Positions 59,629 to 64,000 of a DNA stretch of 64,000 nucleotides are shown piece after piece. Within the stretch, counting starts at the first letter, position 1, and each line of letters begins with the position of its first letter. Made by a program: the position numbers and the translations under genes. The notes under the pieces were generated by a model. The model saw only the letters and a program-made list of their open reading frames with translations. It was not told the DNA's origin and searched no databases. This stretch comes from an uncultured delta proteobacterium (GTDB lineage: Bacteria; Desulfobacterota; Syntrophia; Syntrophales; Smithellaceae), in NCBI GenBank assembly GCA_963753975.1, contig CAVWEH010000006.1:10703-74702 (forward strand). Direction: 5' to 3'.

Positions 59629-61690
59629 TTATTTAGCAGTCTTGTTTTTTGATGCAGATTTTATAGACGGAGCGTGTCCAAAAGTCCTGATTTCCTTTCC
59701 TGTGGCAACATCCCATAACCTCAAGGTTGCATCGTCACTTCCAGATAGAACATCATGACCATCCGGAGAAAAGGCTACGGACTCTACCTTGTCTGAATGT
59801 CCTGTAAAAGTCCTGATCTCCTTTCCCGTTGCAATATCCCATAATTTGATGGTCTTGTCCCAACTTCCAGAAAGGGCATAGCGACTATCCGGAGAAATGG
59901 CTACAGAAAGAACTGCAGCTGAATGTCCACTAAAAGTTCTGATTTCCTTTCCCGTGGCAACGTCCCATAATCTTAATAAATTATCATAACCGCCTGAGAG
60001 AATATAACGGCCATCTGAAGAAAAGACAGCTGAAGTTACCCTTGTCATCACTTTAAATGTCTTGATTTCTTTACCTGTTGCAATATCATAAATTATCACT
60101 CTGCCATCAAAAGTTCCAGCTAGGGCAATGCGACCGTCCGGGGAAAAGACCACCGAATGCACATCACCTAAGTGTAGGGTAAACGTAATGACGTCACTAT
60201 TACCATTTGTAACAACAACTGGACCCTTACGATTGACTGGCTCGGTAATTTTTTTTGCAGATTCAAAAACTCTGATCTTTTCTCCGGAAGCAACATCCGA
60301 GAGAATTAATCCGTTATTATCAGATAAAGATCCTCCGGAAAGAATATAACGACCATCAGGAGAAAAGGCTACTGCGCTTTCAATGCCCCCGTGTCCCTCC
60401 TTAAAAGACCTAATTTTTTCCCCAGTCGCAATATCCCAGAGCTTTAGTTTATTGTCACTTCCTGAGAGCGCATATCGACCATCCGGGGAAATAGCGGAAG
60501 CATATACAGATACATCATCAGATTCCCTGAAAGTCCTAATCTCGTCTCCGGTAGCAACATCCCAGAGTTTCATGCTTCCATCCCAACTTCCAGAGAGCGC
60601 ATAGCGACCATCCGTGGAAAAGGTCACAGAGACTACCCAAGAATGAGTGCCCAATACGAGGGCTAAATGCTGGTAGTTCAATAGAGCTATTTTCTTCTTT
60701 CTTTTCTATAAAAGGTTCTTTGGGAAGGAAGTAATACGTTTCCTTAATGGAGATGCGTTTATTGGCTGCACAATCGATTTGTTCAATATGAAATACCATG
60801 TCATTGATGCCATCTCCTCTGAGATCCTTAACATCATATCCTTTCAATGCGTAAAATGAATTTTCGGCATCTTCTTCGGAATTGGTTAGGCAAATGCATG
60901 GATTAGTTTTATCGCAATCTGTTTCGCTAGAATCTGAGGTAGAAATTGACGCTAAGTCGAATACTTGATATGGCCTCTCGCCAGATTTTTTATCCTTGAT
61001 CATAATAGCATTATAGCCCTCACTCATAATGCCGTGAATTAAATCTGAACGATATGTTATTAGCCAAGTAATGCCTTTGCCTTGGATAGCCCCTACAATT
61101 GAAGAACCCCCACCCGTAATCTGATTAAATAAATCTTTTTTTGTATCGACATAATACATGCCGAATTGCACTCGCCCCTGTACATTATTTATTGGAAGGA
61201 TATATTCATGATCACTTAAACGGTAGTAGTATTCACGGTAAGGCGGTATTCCATCCGGTTCAAGTATGCCGATAGATTCACCGGATTTGAGAAATGTCTT
61301 TTTTAAATCTTTAGGCGGGTTGAGATCAAGTCTCGACAGCTTAGGAATTTTTAAATCTAATGCATCTATTCTTTCCTGATACATTTTTTTTAGACAGTCT
61401 TTATTTATTGCGCCTCCATCCGTGTTACAACTTTTATCCCTCTTCGCAAGCCATTCTTTCTGTTCCGATTTAAGCTTAATTCTTTCTTCGGGCGATCGAA
61501 ACTTCATACGTGTATTGTATTCACCGGTCAATTCACGATCAGCACTGGATAAATCGGAATCACTGCAGATAAACTTTTCAATAGCAGTGCTTGCCATTTT
61601 GCAATCGAAACCGGCTAGATTTGTCGTATAGCCAACAGAAGTAAACAGAAGCAAAAAAATAGACGACAGGAATAGAATATACCCTTTCAT
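59629..61690 (-). CDS. Secreted LprI-domain / WD40 repeat protein (frameshift near 60644 joins the two ORFs)
   Basis: Signal peptide, FDC..A....EK.IC....L...D..L, QKEWL..RD..C; then repeats GHS..V.SVAFSPDGRY.LSGS.D.TIKLWD.ATGKEIRTF. Confidence 0.75.
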
Positions 61691-62061
61691 TCGAACCTCC
61701 TCCTGCAATTAACAGCTGATACTGGTTCTTCTTTTTTACATGTGATTAAATTTTATAATATCATAGTCTTATTCTTTTTTCAAAAGCTGAATATGCAAAA
61801 TCTTTTAAGGATTACCAGCTAAAATCGAGCATTATTTTCAATCGCAACTTTTTATTGATAACAGGAAGAAGCAAATCTCCAGATGCAACGCGCCCGAAAC
61901 GTATATACAATTTTGATTGGAAGATGCCGCCTGTTCGGCGTTACTTCCCGGTAAGGAAAAATCCGTTTTAATTGTGCGCCATTTTGGCGCACCACCAGTC
62001 ATCGGACTACCGCGATAGCGGCAAGGAGATTCCGGAGGTGTACCAGATCACCTTTCTTTCG

Positions 62062-62182
62062 GGTTGTTCAAAACGGCTCAGATACGCGGCGCGCAAGGCC
62101 TTCAGAGCGAGGCGTATTTTTTATACGTCGCAGCGACAAAAGGGCGAAACGCAACGCAGCAGATGGGCGTTTTTCAACAGCC
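62062..62182. mobile_element. MITE-like element related to family A
   Basis: TIRs GGTTGTTCAAAA / TTTTCAACAGCC; internal GGCGCGCAA..GAGGCGTA..TACG shared with 20775. Confidence 0.65.
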
Positions 62183-62190
62183 TTTTTGTA

Positions 62191-64000
62191 TCACAAAAAC
62201 AGGACTGGTTCTCGCAATATTGCGTCTCTTGCTTTATAAGCACAAGCGGCGGCTTCCGGATGCGTATCTTTCAACGCCGTTATTTGCCGCAGATTATCCG
62301 CGGTGCGCAGAACCAGCGTAGCCATATCGCCTTCGGTGATTCCCGTTGCTTTTATCACATTTTCCCAACTGCGTCCCTGCGCCCAGTAATACATGGCCAC
62401 TCCTGCCGCCGGATAGAGTTTTGCCGTCATAAACGAGGCTGCCTGCAAACGGCGGGAAAGCGGCCGGACGGCCAGCATTACCTTTTTCAATGCCGGCATT
62501 AGTTTTGGCGGCAAATCTTTTGCCATCAATCCGATTTCGGCATCACGATCATAGGCAAAAACAGCCACAATAGCCGCCATAATCTTTTCGTCGTCTTCAG
62601 GAAGAGCCCGCTCGCGCAAACACTGTGCTACCAACAGAGGATAGTCAAGACGTAAACGCGCCGCCCATTGGCCGTCTTCCGTGAGACGGCTTGCTTCATT
62701 AACAAAGCCTTCCGCCTGTAAAAATTTCAGATGACGGCAAAAATCTTCCCAGAGGGAGTTGGCTGCCGAAAAAGTCGATTGTCTGCTTCTTTTATTTTGC
62801 TGATAAGCGGCCAGAGACCTTTCAAAGATTCCGCGGATATCGGCAGGCGTCTGGGATAATAACAAATTTAACACCATCGCAAAATCGTTTTTCAGCCGGC
62901 TTAAGATATCTTCCGGCATACCGAATAGCAAGCGGCGGATGTGTCTTAAATCCATGAATTTGCCGCTCACGGGCAGCATAAAACCGATTTTATCCTGACC
63001 GCGGCGGCCGGCCCTGCCGGTCATTTGCCGGAATTCAGTGGCCGAAAGAGGATGAAAATCATGGCCGTCAAACAAATCCGAATTGAAAAGTACTATCGTG
63101 CGGGCGGGAAAATTTACCCCGGCGGCTATCGTGGTCGTGGCAAAAATAACCCGCAGGTGTCCGCGGTTCATCATCTCTTCCACCAGCAGTTTCCAGGCGG
63201 GCAACTGTCCGCCGTGATGGGCGGCAATACCGAAAGACCGGAGAGTTTTTAATTGCCGATGGTTCTGCAATGCAGGAAAACGCTCCAGCAGTTCCCGCAA
63301 CGTATCGATAAACTCCGTCGAATAAGGCATTGGCAAAATTGACGCGCGTGCGGTTAACGCGGCATCGCATTCCGCTCGTGATTTCAAAAAAAAGATAGCG
63401 GGCAAAAGATCAAAGCGCTCCAATATTCTGATAATGCCGCCGTAATCAGGCGTTCGCCTTCGGGCAAAGCCGCCGGCATCATTTTTTTTTATAAATTCCG
63501 TAACCGGGGTGGAAATCCTTTTTCCTTCCAAAAAAGGCAACAGCCTGCCGGAGGGATGCAGAAACAGCGGATACAGCGGAACGGGACGTTTTTCTTCGGT
63601 TATTACGACACATTTTTTTCGGCGAATGGTTTCCAGCCACTGCGCGATTTCTTCTCCATTGCCGATTGTTGCCGACAAAAGCAATAAATTGATCCGCACC
63701 GGCAGATAAGTCATTACTTCTTCCCAAACGACACCGCGATCAGGATCACCCAGAAAATGAGCTTCATCCAGTATAACTAAATCACAATCTAAGTCATACC
63801 CATGATGCATGGCATCGTAAAGCTGGTTGCGCAGTATTTCCGTAGTGCCGACGATAATCGGCGCCTCGGTATTTTCTTTGGTATCGCCCGTAATGATACC
63901 AACGTTTTCATAATCGAAATGCAGACTGAACTCCACCCATTTGGAATTGGAAAGCGCTTTCAGGGGCGAGGCGTACCAGGCACGGCCTCCGTTTTTCAGC
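62191..64000 (-). CDS. Ski2-like DEAD/DEAH helicase (HelY-type), 5' end outside window
   Basis: YASPLKALSN, TTEILRN, LDEAH, LLSAT, HHGG, AAGVNFPART, QMTGRAGRRG. Confidence 0.92.
   Translation of the reverse strand, partial: LKNGGRAWYASPLKALSNSKWVEFSLHFDYENVGIITGDTKENTEAPIIVGTTEILRNQLYDAMHHGYDLDCDLVILDEAHFLGDPDRGVVWEEVMTYLPVRINLLLLSATIGNGEEIAQWLETIRRKKCVVITEEKRPVPLYPLFLHPSGRLLPFLEGKRISTPVTEFIKKNDAGGFARRRTPDYGGIIRILERFDLLPAIFFLKSRAECDAALTARASILPMPYSTEFIDTLRELLERFPALQNHRQLKTLRSFGIAAHHGGQLPAWKLLVEEMMNRGHLRVIFATTTIAAGVNFPARTIVLFNSDLFDGHDFHPLSATEFRQMTGRAGRRGQDKIGFMLPVSGKFMDLRHIRRLLFGMPEDILSRLKNDFAMVLNLLLSQTPADIRGIFERSLAAYQQNKRSRQSTFSAANSLWEDFCRHLKFLQAEGFVNEASRLTEDGQWAARLRLDYPLLVAQCLRERALPEDDEKIMAAIVAVFAYDRDAEIGLMAKDLPPKLMPALKKVMLAVRPLSRRLQAASFMTAKLYPAAGVAMYYWAQGRSWENVIKATGITEGDMATLVLRTADNLRQITALKDTHPEAAACAYKARDAILREPVLFL

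Noticed and set aside
59629..60681. Diversity-generating retroelement target in the WD40 repeats
   Set aside because: No reverse transcriptase in the window and no template/variable repeat pair with adenine-specific differences was seen.

Overview
Chromosomal window from an anaerobic, probably syntrophic deltaproteobacterium (Smithella/Syntrophaceae-like, inferred only from gene content and style). Core blocks: purine genes (purD end, short AICAR transformylase plus PurO-type IMP cyclohydrolase, purE, hpt, a deleted purU remnant), tsaC, a radical SAM/DUF2344 fusion, rplU-rpmA-obgE-proB, uvrC, uvrB, etfBA, pfkA and a Ski2-like helicase. Accessory blocks (about 23.7-35 kb and 44.4-55 kb) hold unrelated genes, including an AT-rich HNH-STAND NTPase-HEAT gene that looks like a single-gene antiviral system. 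The most striking non-coding signal is a family of seven 55-90 bp elements, all on the minus strand. Most carry a GTCAA-N7-TTGAC palindrome, and six have a near-consensus sigma70 promoter followed by a conserved terminus, each placed directly upstream of an unrelated gene. They resemble orphan IS91/ISCR oriIS ends acting as mobile promoters (inference). Several MITE/REP-like palindromes are also present, one inserted in frame inside mntP. Many genes (cyclic beta-1,2-glucan synthase, etfA/B, uvrB, LprI-WD40) carry single-base frameshifts that most likely reflect sequencing or assembly error. No rRNA, tRNA, CRISPR array or transposase gene was recognised.
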